NCBI GenBank assembly: GCA_037137935.1
Contig: JBAXJI010000005.1
Coordinates: 1-49,991 of the forward strand
From: Candidatus Saccharimonadota bacterium
GTDB taxonomy: Bacteria; Patescibacteriota; Saccharimonadia; Saccharimonadales; AQU-01
Direction of reading: 5' to 3'
Length of the DNA stretch: 49,991 nucleotides
The first letter of the stretch is position 1, and the number at the start of each line of letters is the position of its first letter. Both the position numbers and the translations under genes were made by a program. The notes below the pieces were generated by a model. It had not been told where the DNA came from and made no database searches. It saw only the letters and a program-made list of their open reading frames with translations. Positions 36,970 through 46,545 of this stretch are shown one piece after another.

Positions 36970-38181
36970 TTATCTCTTTTGTAAAACTACTAGTTCACGG
37001 GCGACAACCTGTCCATCTCGGTGATAAATCAGATCTTTTTCTCCTGCGTGAACTAAACTTAAACGATTGTACCCCATATCTGTTAAAGAATCAAGTAGGG
37101 GAAGGTGTTTAAAGTCATTTTGTAACTTCCATGCAGGTAGGGCTAAACATAGTCTTGTGCCAGATTTAATCTGTCTTGATATATTCTGTAGTGATCTTTT
37201 TAGAATTAAGTTGGTGTCAGATATGGTTTCTTTCAGAATTTGAGGGGTAGGAAGTACATTAAATGGGCGACCAAGATAAGTCTCACCAGCAATGAACTTA
37301 AAGTCAAACTGCCATATATGATTAGTAGCATCTCCTTGCTCGAGTTTGTAGTTTTCCTTCGGTATTTTGTAGATATTTGATATCCAGTCCAGGTTTACCT
37401 CTGAATAATCAATCATTCTAGGTTCTAGGTCGGTGCCATAGGCTTTGTATCCCATTAGTAGAGATTCTTGCAGAACTACGCCTGTACCGCAGAAGGGGTC
37501 TAAGATTGCATCGTCTTTGTATTCTAAAACGTCGCAAGTTATATCGGCGGGTTTGACATTACCACACGCTAGATTAATTATAATCTGGGCTAATTTTGGC
37601 GGCAGCATACCAACCTGGGCATCTCTTTTTGGACGGCCTTGGTCTCGCTGCGCGTAGGCTTCGATATCTTGTTCGGCAATATTCTGGGCAATAATTGTTT
37701 TTTGACCATCACGAACAAAAACAAGTTCCCATCCTAGCTGACTAGTAAGCTGATTATGCAGAACTTGGGCGCTATTTAGGTAGAGCTCGTTATTAGGTAC
37801 AACACGAATAGATCGGCCACTATTTTTTATCACCTTTTTAATACCAAGAGCAGTAGCATTTAACTGTTTTACGCCTACATTAAGGCCGTATACGCTAAGT
37901 CCAAGTTTCATTTTTCCTTCGGGTAGCGCCTGAGTGTGGGGAACTATAACAGTCTCAAGGAAATTCTGAATTCTAGACCAGTCAGTAGTATCAAGAGTAG
38001 TAAGGACTTTACAGAATTTAACCGTGCCTCCAAGTCGACTAAAATCAATCACAGCAGGCTCGATATCTAACAGCGCAGCGTAGTTGCCAATGGGTCGTAG
38101 TACGCTAGCACCAAATAGACTTTCTAATTCGGCGATACCTAAAGCCGGTTGTCTTCCTAAAATACATAATGTTTGAATCAT
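36970..38181 (-). CDS. SAM-dependent RNA methyltransferase, TRM11/UPF0020-like
   Basis: RD..RP.RD...GMLPPKLA, LDPFCGTG..L.E, G.D. Confidence 0.8.
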   Translation of the reverse strand: MIQTLCILGRQPALGIAELESLFGASVLRPIGNYAALLDIEPAVIDFSRLGGTVKFCKVLTTLDTTDWSRIQNFLETVIVPHTQALPEGKMKLGLSVYGLNVGVKQLNATALGIKKVIKNSGRSIRVVPNNELYLNSAQVLHNQLTSQLGWELVFVRDGQKTIIAQNIAEQDIEAYAQRDQGRPKRDAQVGMLPPKLAQIIINLACGNVKPADITCDVLEYKDDAILDPFCGTGVVLQESLLMGYKAYGTDLEPRMIDYSEVNLDWISNIYKIPKENYKLEQGDATNHIWQFDFKFIAGETYLGRPFNVLPTPQILKETISDTNLILKRSLQNISRQIKSGTRLCLALPAWKLQNDFKHLPLLDSLTDMGYNRLSLVHAGEKDLIYHRDGQVVARELVVLQKR

Positions 38182-38270
38182 TTACTATCATTATACCCTG
38201 TAACAGGTCATTTTTAGCCTGTAAATTTCTTAATTACCGTAATAAAGCAAAACTCTATATAATAGTCGTA

Positions 38271-39314
38271 ATGAGTGAATCACATTTCTTGAGGCGTAAA
38301 TGGAAACTAATTTTCAATACCATAACAATATTTGCAATGATTGGGCTGGCAATAGCTCTGCGTCATCAAATTATCGACACTCTAAAAAACATTGGTAGGG
38401 TTAATACTTGGGCGATACTTTTGATGATACCTCTAGAGGCTTGGAACTATGATGCCTATGCTCGACTATATAGATCTTTCCTGAATATTTTAGGCAGCAA
38501 AACCACATACAGAGAAATGTACAAAGTTTCGCTAGAGCTAAACTTAATCAATCATTTATTTCCTAGCGGTGGAGTATCTGGATTCTCCTATTTCAGCTTA
38601 AGATTAAAAAAACTTGGAATTTCAACCGGTAAAGCAACTCTAGTGCAGACCATGCGATTCGTGTTCTTATTTTTGTCGTTCGAGATACTACTATTCTTCG
38701 GAGTCTTCACTTTAGCATTAGGCGGTCATGTAAATAATCTGACGATTTTGGTTGCAGGTTCTGTCAGCACCTTACTTATTGTTGGTACTATTGGATTGGC
38801 TTATGTGATCGGTAGCTTGAAACGCATAAATAGGTTCTTTACTTTTATCACAAAGGTCATTAATAGCGGCATACACATTGTTAGGCCAAAGCACCCAGAA
38901 ACAATAGATGTGGCTAAAGTCAGACATATGTTTACCGATTTACACGAAAATTACATGGTTCTAAAAAGTGATTATCGTAAACTAAAAGCTCCGTTCTTGT
39001 TTGCCTTAGCTGCAAATTTTACTGAACTTGCGACACTTTATGTCGTTTATATTGCATTCGGTCATTGGGTTAATCCGGGAGCGATTATCTTAGCTTATGC
39101 TGTTGCAAATATAGCTGGGCTTATATCGGTACTTCCAGGTGGAATCGGAATTTATGAAGCCATAATGACTGCAGTGTTGGCGACGGCTGGAGTTTCTCCG
39201 GCAGTCAGTTTGCCGGTCACCGTAATGTATAGAGTTATAAATATGTTTATTCAAATCATTCCAGGATATTATTTTTATCACAAGGCGTTTAAGGACAGGC
39301 CTATTAGTGGATAA
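38271..39314 (+). CDS. Lysylphosphatidylglycerol synthase TM-domain (flippase-like, UPF0104) protein
   Basis: Multi-TM; N.LFPSGG, LPGGIGIYEA, V.YR motifs; ATG at 38271 lies 7 nt after TATAAT. Confidence 0.85.
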   Translation: MSESHFLRRKWKLIFNTITIFAMIGLAIALRHQIIDTLKNIGRVNTWAILLMIPLEAWNYDAYARLYRSFLNILGSKTTYREMYKVSLELNLINHLFPSGGVSGFSYFSLRLKKLGISTGKATLVQTMRFVFLFLSFEILLFFGVFTLALGGHVNNLTILVAGSVSTLLIVGTIGLAYVIGSLKRINRFFTFITKVINSGIHIVRPKHPETIDVAKVRHMFTDLHENYMVLKSDYRKLKAPFLFALAANFTELATLYVVYIAFGHWVNPGAIILAYAVANIAGLISVLPGGIGIYEAIMTAVLATAGVSPAVSLPVTVMYRVINMFIQIIPGYYFYHKAFKDRPISG

Positions 39315-40431
39315 CAATGAGCTAGTTTTTAGTGTTAGTGATTTTGTAGCTGTACTTAATCAAACTCTGGAATACGCTTATCCGACAGTTACGATAGTCG
39401 GAGAGTTGTCTAATTTTCGAATCAGCAAAAATAAATGGGTATATTTTGACCTTAAAGACGAGTATTCTAGTGTAAAATTTTTTGGAACTATCTATCAGCT
39501 ATCTGGTCCGCTAGAAGACGGTTTGACTATGCAAGTCAGAGGGGTACCAAGACTACATCCTCTCTATGGCTTTAGTGTTACTGCTCAATCAATGCAACCA
39601 GTGGGCGAGGGGTCTATTAAGAAGGCCGCATCATTACTCCAAGATAAATTAACAAAAGAGGGTTTGTTTGACCAAAGTCGTAAGCGAGCGATACCTTATC
39701 CGCCTAGATCGGTAGGCTTAATAGCGTCATCGGAATCAGCCGCTTATCACGACTTTATTAAGGTATTAAATGAAAGATGGTGTGGCGTTGATATCTCGCT
39801 AGCCGATGTTCAAGTCCAGGGCGAGGCAGCTATTGGGCAGATCGTAGCTGCCATAGAACATTTTAATCAGCAAGCTATACCTCCGGAAGTACTAATTGTC
39901 ACAAGAGGCGGGGGTAGTGCGGACGATCTGGCCGTATTTAGTACAGAACAAGTTACGAGAGCTGTAGCTGGTAGTCGTATTCCTACAATTGTTGCGATTG
40001 GTCACGAAGTAGATATCTCTTTGGCCGAATTAGCTGCTGATATGAGGGCTAGCACACCTTCAAATGCAGCACAGTTACTTACTCCAGATAAAAAGGCTAC
40101 GCTCAATCAATTGAATATATCGTCAGACACCTTATGGTCAATGGTCCAGAATATCTTTAGTGGCCAAGCTGATGATTTGGCGCGTAAGTCACTTGATTTA
40201 GGCAACTCCATAGGCTCAACATTAGATCGGGCCGAGCAACTACTGAGGGCAAATAATAATTTACTAGAAGCCCTTAGCCCCAAATCGGTACTTAAGCGTG
40301 GTTTTGCTATTATTCGCAGTACCGGCAAAGTTGTTGATAAGGCAAAAGGCATAGCCATAGGCAAAGAGTTGTCTTTAGAGTTGGCTGACGGGTATATTAC
40401 TGTCAAGACGGAAGCGATTGAGTTAAAATAA
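39307..40431 (+). CDS. xseA: Exodeoxyribonuclease VII large subunit
   Basis: SVS, GELSNF, YFDLKD, VQG..A, RGGGS..DL, AIGHE.D, ASTPS.AA, LKRGFA. Confidence 0.95.
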   Translation: MDNNELVFSVSDFVAVLNQTLEYAYPTVTIVGELSNFRISKNKWVYFDLKDEYSSVKFFGTIYQLSGPLEDGLTMQVRGVPRLHPLYGFSVTAQSMQPVGEGSIKKAASLLQDKLTKEGLFDQSRKRAIPYPPRSVGLIASSESAAYHDFIKVLNERWCGVDISLADVQVQGEAAIGQIVAAIEHFNQQAIPPEVLIVTRGGGSADDLAVFSTEQVTRAVAGSRIPTIVAIGHEVDISLAELAADMRASTPSNAAQLLTPDKKATLNQLNISSDTLWSMVQNIFSGQADDLARKSLDLGNSIGSTLDRAEQLLRANNNLLEALSPKSVLKRGFAIIRSTGKVVDKAKGIAIGKELSLELADGYITVKTEAIELK

Positions 40432-40435
40432 TCAT

Positions 40436-40636
40436 ATGACTAAAACAACCATAGACTACACTAAACTCAGTAAAGAATTAGACGAGCTTTTGGCAGATCT
40501 ACAGGCTGGCGGATCGGACATTGACTCATCTATAAAGCAGTACGAGCGCGGAATGCAGATTATTGAAGAGTTAAAAACTTATCTCGCACAAGCAAAAAAT
40601 AAAGTTACAAAAGTTAAATCAACTTTTTCAAGTTAG
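40436..40636 (+). CDS. xseB: Exodeoxyribonuclease VII small subunit
   Basis: 66 aa, L..L....IDSSI..YERG...L..A..KV; follows xseA. Confidence 0.9.
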   Translation: MTKTTIDYTKLSKELDELLADLQAGGSDIDSSIKQYERGMQIIEELKTYLAQAKNKVTKVKSTFSS

Positions 40637-40679
40637 TACCTACTTGCGACATTCTCTCGCATAAGTTACCATAAACAGT

Positions 40680-41363
40680 ATGAAGCGATTAAATGACAAA
40701 GGCGCAATAAATGGGTTGGTTTTGACTGAGTCATTTACCACGATACTACTTCTAGGAGCTCTCGGATTCGGGCTTTGGGCATTTCTTGGATTGCAGGATT
40801 ATCGAAATAATACAAATAAGAAGATAGCCGCTGCTGTAGCGGTGGCTAAACAGACAACTGCCAGCGAAAAAGATAATGAATTTGATAAAAAGGAAAAGAG
40901 TATTCTGACCAGTTATGTTAGTCCTGATGTTTATGGAAGTATAGAATTAAATTATCCAAAAGTATGGAGCTCAGCAATATCGGAATCAACAGACAATATT
41001 GTTACGGTTAATGCCTTTTTTCAACCAAAAGCTATATCAATACCCAGTTTAACTGATTCTTCAGGTAAGAATTCGGTGTCTTTCGCATTGAGGGTGCAGC
41101 TGCTTAAAACGAGCTATAGCACTGTTGTTGGAACTTTCACGGCGTCAGCTTCATCTGGAAAAATAAAAGTAACACCTTTTAGGGCAGCGCTAGTTCCTAG
41201 TGTTATGGGAGTCAGGGTAGATGGTGAGATATTTCCAGGCAAGCAATCAAGTATGGTTATTTTGCCTCTGCGCGATAAAACAATTCAGGTTTGGACAGAG
41301 TCCGCTCAGTATCTGACTGACTTTAATAATAGTATATTGCCTAGTCTGAAATTCATACCTTGA
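40680..41363 (+). CDS. Membrane-anchored hypothetical protein with a possible prepilin-like leader
   Basis: MKRLNDKG/AI followed by a hydrophobic helix; extracellular domain with YP..W motif. Confidence 0.7.
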   Translation: MKRLNDKGAINGLVLTESFTTILLLGALGFGLWAFLGLQDYRNNTNKKIAAAVAVAKQTTASEKDNEFDKKEKSILTSYVSPDVYGSIELNYPKVWSSAISESTDNIVTVNAFFQPKAISIPSLTDSSGKNSVSFALRVQLLKTSYSTVVGTFTASASSGKIKVTPFRAALVPSVMGVRVDGEIFPGKQSSMVILPLRDKTIQVWTESAQYLTDFNNSILPSLKFIP

Positions 41364-41458
41364 TACTAAGTAGGCTAGTTAATACAACATCTGCGTGACT
41401 ACATGTTTGTTATACTGTTATAAATAGTAAGAGTTAGGGAAAGAAGGGTTCTTACCTA

Positions 41459-42184
41459 ATGGTGCAGCAGGACGAGCAGCATACAGGTGTCGATGGGCGT
41501 TTATTACAGGCTGTCGTCGAAAATATGAAACTTCCGCTGCTTCAAGTTGCCAGACAGGCTGAATTGGCTCGTATGAGCGGAAGTACGGACACAAACTTTA
41601 GTTCAATCGAACTGACCGCCGACACGGCATTACGGCTCTTGGATAACTATCTCTTGAGCACTAGATTAGCCAGCAGGCGAGGCTCTATAGAGTTCGAGCC
41701 AGTGTCTGTGTCGGCAGTACTAACGGACATAGCACATCAGCTTTCTAAATTAGCTGATCAGCAACAGTGTGAGCTTCAGGTGAATATATCCGGCCGCTAT
41801 GAGCCAGTTATTGCACACAGAGCCGGACTAGAGGCTGCATTAATGAGTTTGGGATATGTATTTATTGAAGCGCGAAGTGCTCAACCAGTCACTAGCGGTA
41901 AAAGAATTATCAGACTTGGAGCTCATCGTGGCAGAAGCGGTATCGTAGCTGGAATATTTACAGACTCAGACAGCATTAGTAACGATATGTATAAACGAGC
42001 TCACTCTCTTTACGGACACACAAGACAGTCGTTGCCTGGTTTAGTTGCTGGCAGTGGTGCTGGAGTTTTTGTGGCTGATTCTTTGCTAGAAACAATGTCT
42101 ACGCGCCTAAGAGTTGCTCATCACCAGAAATTTAGTGGCTTGGCTGCTACACTTAATCCAAGTAAACAACTGAGCTTAGTTTAA
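41459..42184 (+). CDS. Degenerate histidine-kinase-like protein
   Basis: H-box-like ENMKLPL without His, LRLLDNYL helix, G2-like GSGAGVFVA..L. Confidence 0.7.
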   Translation: MVQQDEQHTGVDGRLLQAVVENMKLPLLQVARQAELARMSGSTDTNFSSIELTADTALRLLDNYLLSTRLASRRGSIEFEPVSVSAVLTDIAHQLSKLADQQQCELQVNISGRYEPVIAHRAGLEAALMSLGYVFIEARSAQPVTSGKRIIRLGAHRGRSGIVAGIFTDSDSISNDMYKRAHSLYGHTRQSLPGLVAGSGAGVFVADSLLETMSTRLRVAHHQKFSGLAATLNPSKQLSLV

Positions 42185-42185
42185 T

Positions 42186-42581
42186 ATGGCACATATTTTA
42201 TTGGTCGAACCAGACATTTCTCTTGGCAAATTATATACATCGTCTCTTGAACTTTCTGGATATTCAGTAAGTCATTGCAGAACGGCTCAGGACGCAATTA
42301 CCAGTGCAGACGAAAATATACCCGACCTAGTCTTGCTTGAAATAGAAATAGCCATACATAACGGCATAGAATTTTTGTATGAATTTAGATCTTACCCAGA
42401 GTGGCAAGATATACCTTTGTTAATCGTTAGTCATGTAGTTCCAAGTAGGGGAGCTTTAAATCCAAAATCTTGGGGTTTATTAAAAATTTCGGGATATCAC
42501 TACAAGCCGATTACTAAGTTGCAGGATCTTCTATCTTCAGTAGAGCGAGCACTATCTTCTGATGGCGTTAAGGCTCTTTGA
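42186..42581 (+). CDS. Atypical receiver-domain protein
   Basis: ILLVEPD, PDLVLLE (Glu at the phospho-Asp site), NGIEFL, KP. Confidence 0.8.
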   Translation: MAHILLVEPDISLGKLYTSSLELSGYSVSHCRTAQDAITSADENIPDLVLLEIEIAIHNGIEFLYEFRSYPEWQDIPLLIVSHVVPSRGALNPKSWGLLKISGYHYKPITKLQDLLSSVERALSSDGVKAL

Positions 42582-43267
42582 TGAACCAAATTGTAACTAA
42601 GGGAATAGTACTATCGCGCACAGAATTTGGCGAGGCCGATAGGATTATCACTGTTCTAACGATAGACCATGGCAAAATTCGTTTGATTGCTAAGGGTGTG
42701 CGTAGGATTAAGAGCAAGTCGGCAGGCGGGATTGAGTTATTTAGTGTCAGCGACATCACTTATATTCCTGGAAGGGGAGAGATCGGCACTTTAATATCAG
42801 CTAGATTAGTTAATCATTATTCATCAATTGTTCATGATATCGATAGAACAATGTACGGCTATGAGGTGCTAAAGAATATTAATAAAGTAACAGAAGATCT
42901 GGCAGGAGAAGAATACTTCAATTTACTGAACACTGCCTTAGCAGCAATAAACGACAGCTCAATAAGACTTGAGGCTATTAGATTATGGTTTGGGCTGCGA
43001 CTGCTTAATACTACCGGCCATTCACCTAATCTGCACACCGACAGGTCTGGTGAAAATCTTGTTACAGGTGTTAAATATGATTTTAACTCCGAAGATATGA
43101 CCTTTGCGGTATCTGGTAACTATAGCTCGGATCACATAAAATTGCTTCGGTTGGCCATAAGCCTTAATACGCCAAAAGCTCTAAGTTCTGTGAAAGACAT
43201 TGATTTAGTATTACCGGATTGTTTATTTTTAGTCCAGTCAATGGTTGCTCAACATATTAGAATCTAA
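42578..43267 (+). CDS. recO: DNA repair protein RecO
   Basis: GIVL....GEADRI.T.LT..HGKI..IAKGVR; G..P.L in the C-terminal half. Confidence 0.93.
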   Translation: MMNQIVTKGIVLSRTEFGEADRIITVLTIDHGKIRLIAKGVRRIKSKSAGGIELFSVSDITYIPGRGEIGTLISARLVNHYSSIVHDIDRTMYGYEVLKNINKVTEDLAGEEYFNLLNTALAAINDSSIRLEAIRLWFGLRLLNTTGHSPNLHTDRSGENLVTGVKYDFNSEDMTFAVSGNYSSDHIKLLRLAISLNTPKALSSVKDIDLVLPDCLFLVQSMVAQHIRI

Positions 43268-43307
43268 AGTGCTATCGACAGATTAGTTTATGCGTTACAA
43301 TATGGTT

Positions 43308-43679
43308 ATGTTTCTTGAGTTCTTCTATTGGTGGTACGGTACAGGATATTTAGACACTATTAAACGCGTCAGTAAATGGATTACCGCCACCTCACAAATT
43401 TTTTCTATCAAAATACTCATCACGACACTTTTTTCACCATGGAAAAGAATAGTTACAGAAAGTGATGGCTCTCTAGAAATGATTCTTAAGAGCATTGGAG
43501 ATAATGCAGTGTCTAGGGCTATTGGTTTTTTTGTGAGGTCTACAGCCTTGTTCACATCGCTCATATTGACTTCCGTAACTAGCGTTGTAGGTCTTGTAAT
43601 GATTATATTGTGGCCATTAATGCCAGTTGGGGTTGCCATATCGCTATTCATGGCTTTATTTGGAGGCTTTGTTAAGTAA
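43308..43679 (+). CDS. Small membrane protein coupled to the Clp ATPase gene
   Basis: WWYG.G, TLFSPWKR, SR.IGF.VR, C-terminal TM; stop overlaps next start; start uncertain (43290-43308). Confidence 0.75.
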   Translation: MFLEFFYWWYGTGYLDTIKRVSKWITATSQIFSIKILITTLFSPWKRIVTESDGSLEMILKSIGDNAVSRAIGFFVRSTALFTSLILTSVTSVVGLVMIILWPLMPVGVAISLFMALFGGFVK

Positions 43680-46048
43680 TGAACAATCTGAACTTATCAA
43701 GCATGCGAGCAAAGAGAGCGCGATTAGGCAATAAGATCGGCACAATGGGTAGGGATCTCCTCGTCCTCGCTGTTTTTATTTTTGGCCTCATGGCACTATT
43801 TTTTGGCTACCAATATAAGTTCGGGAGCTTGTTCTATTTATTTTTGGCTATGGCGTTAACTTCAATAGTTTTAGCTTGTTGGCAGCAATATGATCTTTCT
43901 ATGCCTGCCGGAAATTTGGGTGGTGATAAGCTAGAGGATTTATTAAATGCAAGTTTATTAGGAAGTTTGACGACACCGGTTAGCCCGAGGTCTATGTGGT
44001 TTGACGCTGTGAAGACCAAAGAAGGGTCATTTTTTGTTAACAGGATGTTGATATCGGTTGAGGATGTAGCAAATTTACTAAGCAACATCGAGGCAGATTC
44101 AGCCGCGGTTTGGCATGCAGCAGATATATTTAGATCAAATGAAAAAGTAAAAAATAAAGAGATCCACGGGGGTACATTGGCCGCGGTGCTTCTCGATTCA
44201 ACCGATAGCATTAAATCTTATCTTTCTGAGCTTAATTTCCACGGCTCTGATATTATCGAAATTAGTGATTGGCTAGACAGAGTGTTGACCTATTCTAAAT
44301 TACCTAAGCCATATTTTGGAGGTATGGGGAGAGATTGGGCTATGGGCTTCACCCCGACTTTAAATAAATTTAGTCAAAATATCAGTCAAATTGTTGAACT
44401 TGGTAACGTGCATTTTCATTTTTTGGCTCAGGCGGCTTCTTCGGACACTGTAGTTAATAATTTAATACAAGGATCGGGTGGTGTGGCTATTGTAGGTCAA
44501 ACTGGCACCGGTAAAACTGGTTTAGTTCATGCTGTTGCCGAAAGATTGTTATTAGGCACAGATGGCGGATTAAAACATCATCAGATTATTAGTCTTAATG
44601 CCTCGCAGTTATTATCTACGGAAAGGGATAATCTTGAGCAGACAATGTTGCAAATATTTTATGAGGCAGTTCAAGCCGGCAATATAATTTTATTCCTTGA
44701 TGAGGCTCAACTATTTTTTGGTGATGGTGCTGGAGCATTTAATATGGCCCAAATACTTCTACCGGTTTTGCAGACGCACCGCGTTAAAATTATTGCAGCC
44801 TTTACGTCTAATGATTTTCAAAGACTTAAAACAACTAATGAGAGCTTAGTTAGTAATTTTTCTGTTGTTACTATTAGTGAGCCCCCACAAGAAAGCACTT
44901 ATAAGGTTCTTGAAGATACTGCCCTGACATTAGGAGCAAGAACAGGTGTGTTGATAACATATGAGGCTGTCAGAGAAGCATATAGGCTTAGCGAGCAGTA
45001 TATGAGTGAGCTAGCATTCCCGGGGAAGGGCATTAGCTTGCTGGATCAGTCATTAGTTTATAGCGAGAATAGAGTAATGACAGCCAAGTCCGTTCAGATG
45101 ACCATAGAAAAAACCCTAGGCATAAAAGTTGGAGCTGCTGGGGCAGAAGAGACGGATGTTTTGTTGAATCTAGAGGACAAAATTCACGAACGAATGATTA
45201 ACCAGACTCAAGCGGTATCGGCTATTGCTGGCGCGCTACGAAGGGTACGGGCAGGGGTAACTAGTCCATATCGACCAGCAGGTAGTTTTTTATTCCTTGG
45301 TCCAACAGGTGTAGGTAAGACCGAATTAGCGAAATCACTAGCAGCTACATATTACGGCAGTAGCGATAATATGATCAGGCTGGATATGAGTGAGTATCAG
45401 CAGGCTAGTGACGTGTCTCGTCTATTGGGCGATGGCGCAAACAGCTCTCAGAGCCTAATATTAGCAATACGAAAGCAACCTTTCTCGGTAGTATTACTAG
45501 ATGAAATTGAAAAGGCTCATCCTAATATTTTGAATCTACTATTACAGCTTCTTGATGAGGGTATGTTGACTGATAGTAATGGTCGTCCAGCGTCATTTAG
45601 AAGTGCGATTATAATTACAACTTCAAACGCGGGCTCTAATGATATTATAGAAAAAATTGCCGCCGGCGAATCATTATCAGATTTTGAGCGCCCGCTGATT
45701 GATAAGTTGATTTCAACAGGACAGTTCAGGCCAGAACTTATAAACCGTTACGACGAAGTAGTGTTGTTCAGGCCGCTTAATGAGGTGGAGCTATTGCAAG
45801 TAGCGAAGTTGATGATCGATGGAGTTAACAAGAATCTGGCTAAGCAAAGTGTTAGTGTTGAACTTACAGATGCTGCCTTGGCTATGATTACAAAGGCAGG
45901 CTATGATCCTGAGTTTGGGGCTCGACCAATGCGTCATATTATTCAGAAAACAGTTGAAGATGTTGTTGCAACAAGAATACTTCAAGGGCAGGCGAAATAC
46001 GGCACAGTAGTCAAACTAGACGTCGCAGATATCATAATTCCTACGTAG
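43679..46048 (+). CDS. Membrane-anchored ClpA/ClpB-family double AAA+ ATPase
   Basis: Two N-terminal TM helices; GQTGTGKT/ILFLDE; GSFLFLGPTGVGKTELAK, RLDMSEY, LLDEIEKAHP, FRPELINR, GARP. Confidence 0.9.
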   Translation: MNNLNLSSMRAKRARLGNKIGTMGRDLLVLAVFIFGLMALFFGYQYKFGSLFYLFLAMALTSIVLACWQQYDLSMPAGNLGGDKLEDLLNASLLGSLTTPVSPRSMWFDAVKTKEGSFFVNRMLISVEDVANLLSNIEADSAAVWHAADIFRSNEKVKNKEIHGGTLAAVLLDSTDSIKSYLSELNFHGSDIIEISDWLDRVLTYSKLPKPYFGGMGRDWAMGFTPTLNKFSQNISQIVELGNVHFHFLAQAASSDTVVNNLIQGSGGVAIVGQTGTGKTGLVHAVAERLLLGTDGGLKHHQIISLNASQLLSTERDNLEQTMLQIFYEAVQAGNIILFLDEAQLFFGDGAGAFNMAQILLPVLQTHRVKIIAAFTSNDFQRLKTTNESLVSNFSVVTISEPPQESTYKVLEDTALTLGARTGVLITYEAVREAYRLSEQYMSELAFPGKGISLLDQSLVYSENRVMTAKSVQMTIEKTLGIKVGAAGAEETDVLLNLEDKIHERMINQTQAVSAIAGALRRVRAGVTSPYRPAGSFLFLGPTGVGKTELAKSLAATYYGSSDNMIRLDMSEYQQASDVSRLLGDGANSSQSLILAIRKQPFSVVLLDEIEKAHPNILNLLLQLLDEGMLTDSNGRPASFRSAIIITTSNAGSNDIIEKIAAGESLSDFERPLIDKLISTGQFRPELINRYDEVVLFRPLNEVELLQVAKLMIDGVNKNLAKQSVSVELTDAALAMITKAGYDPEFGARPMRHIIQKTVEDVVATRILQGQAKYGTVVKLDVADIIIPT

Positions 46049-46064
46049 TACAAAGGACAGATTA

Positions 46065-46093
46065 TTGACAATTACGCTTAAGTTTGTTATAGT
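46065..46093 (+). promoter_or_regulatory. Sigma70-type promoter
   Basis: TTGACA-17 nt-TATAGT with extended TG, 9 nt before ATG 46103. Confidence 0.65.
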
Positions 46094-46102
46094 ACTGTCA
46101 TC

Positions 46103-46528
46103 ATGAATAAAACAATAACTGAATCTGATCCAGCAGGCAACATAAAGCGTCCTTTTAAGCCTGAAAGTTCAATAGTAGTAGATATTAATAGCGCTCCTTC
46201 ACTACGAAAAGTCGCTCCATCAGCTAAGCCTTATGATTGGTCAAGTGAGGTCATGCCCTTAGATCATGAACAAACTGATTTGACGCCACCCCACGGCATA
46301 CCACGTGTATCTATTGATCAAGAAAAGAAATTGCCTTTACTAGAAAGACCGTTGCCAGGCAAGGCAGGAGCGTTTATGTTAAAGGCTTTTGATATCATGA
46401 CTGGCGCATCCAAAGAATCACCTAAAAACCTTACGACAAAAAATGTTGTTGATATGCGAGAAGCCGCTGCAAAGATTAAAGAGGTTCGTAGGATTACCCA
46501 AGACGATCGCTTTAACCGACATCCGTAA
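46103..46528 (+). CDS. Hypothetical protein
   Basis: 141-aa ORF with its own promoter; no recognisable motif. Confidence 0.65.
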   Translation: MNKTITESDPAGNIKRPFKPESSIVVDINSAPSLRKVAPSAKPYDWSSEVMPLDHEQTDLTPPHGIPRVSIDQEKKLPLLERPLPGKAGAFMLKAFDIMTGASKESPKNLTTKNVVDMREAAAKIKEVRRITQDDRFNRHP

Positions 46529-46545
46529 TTATAACGTCCAAAATC

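Noticed and set aside
36762-36984. Two 65-aa ORFs upstream of rpmA
   Set aside because: They coincide with the GC-rich palindrome and have no protein-like features
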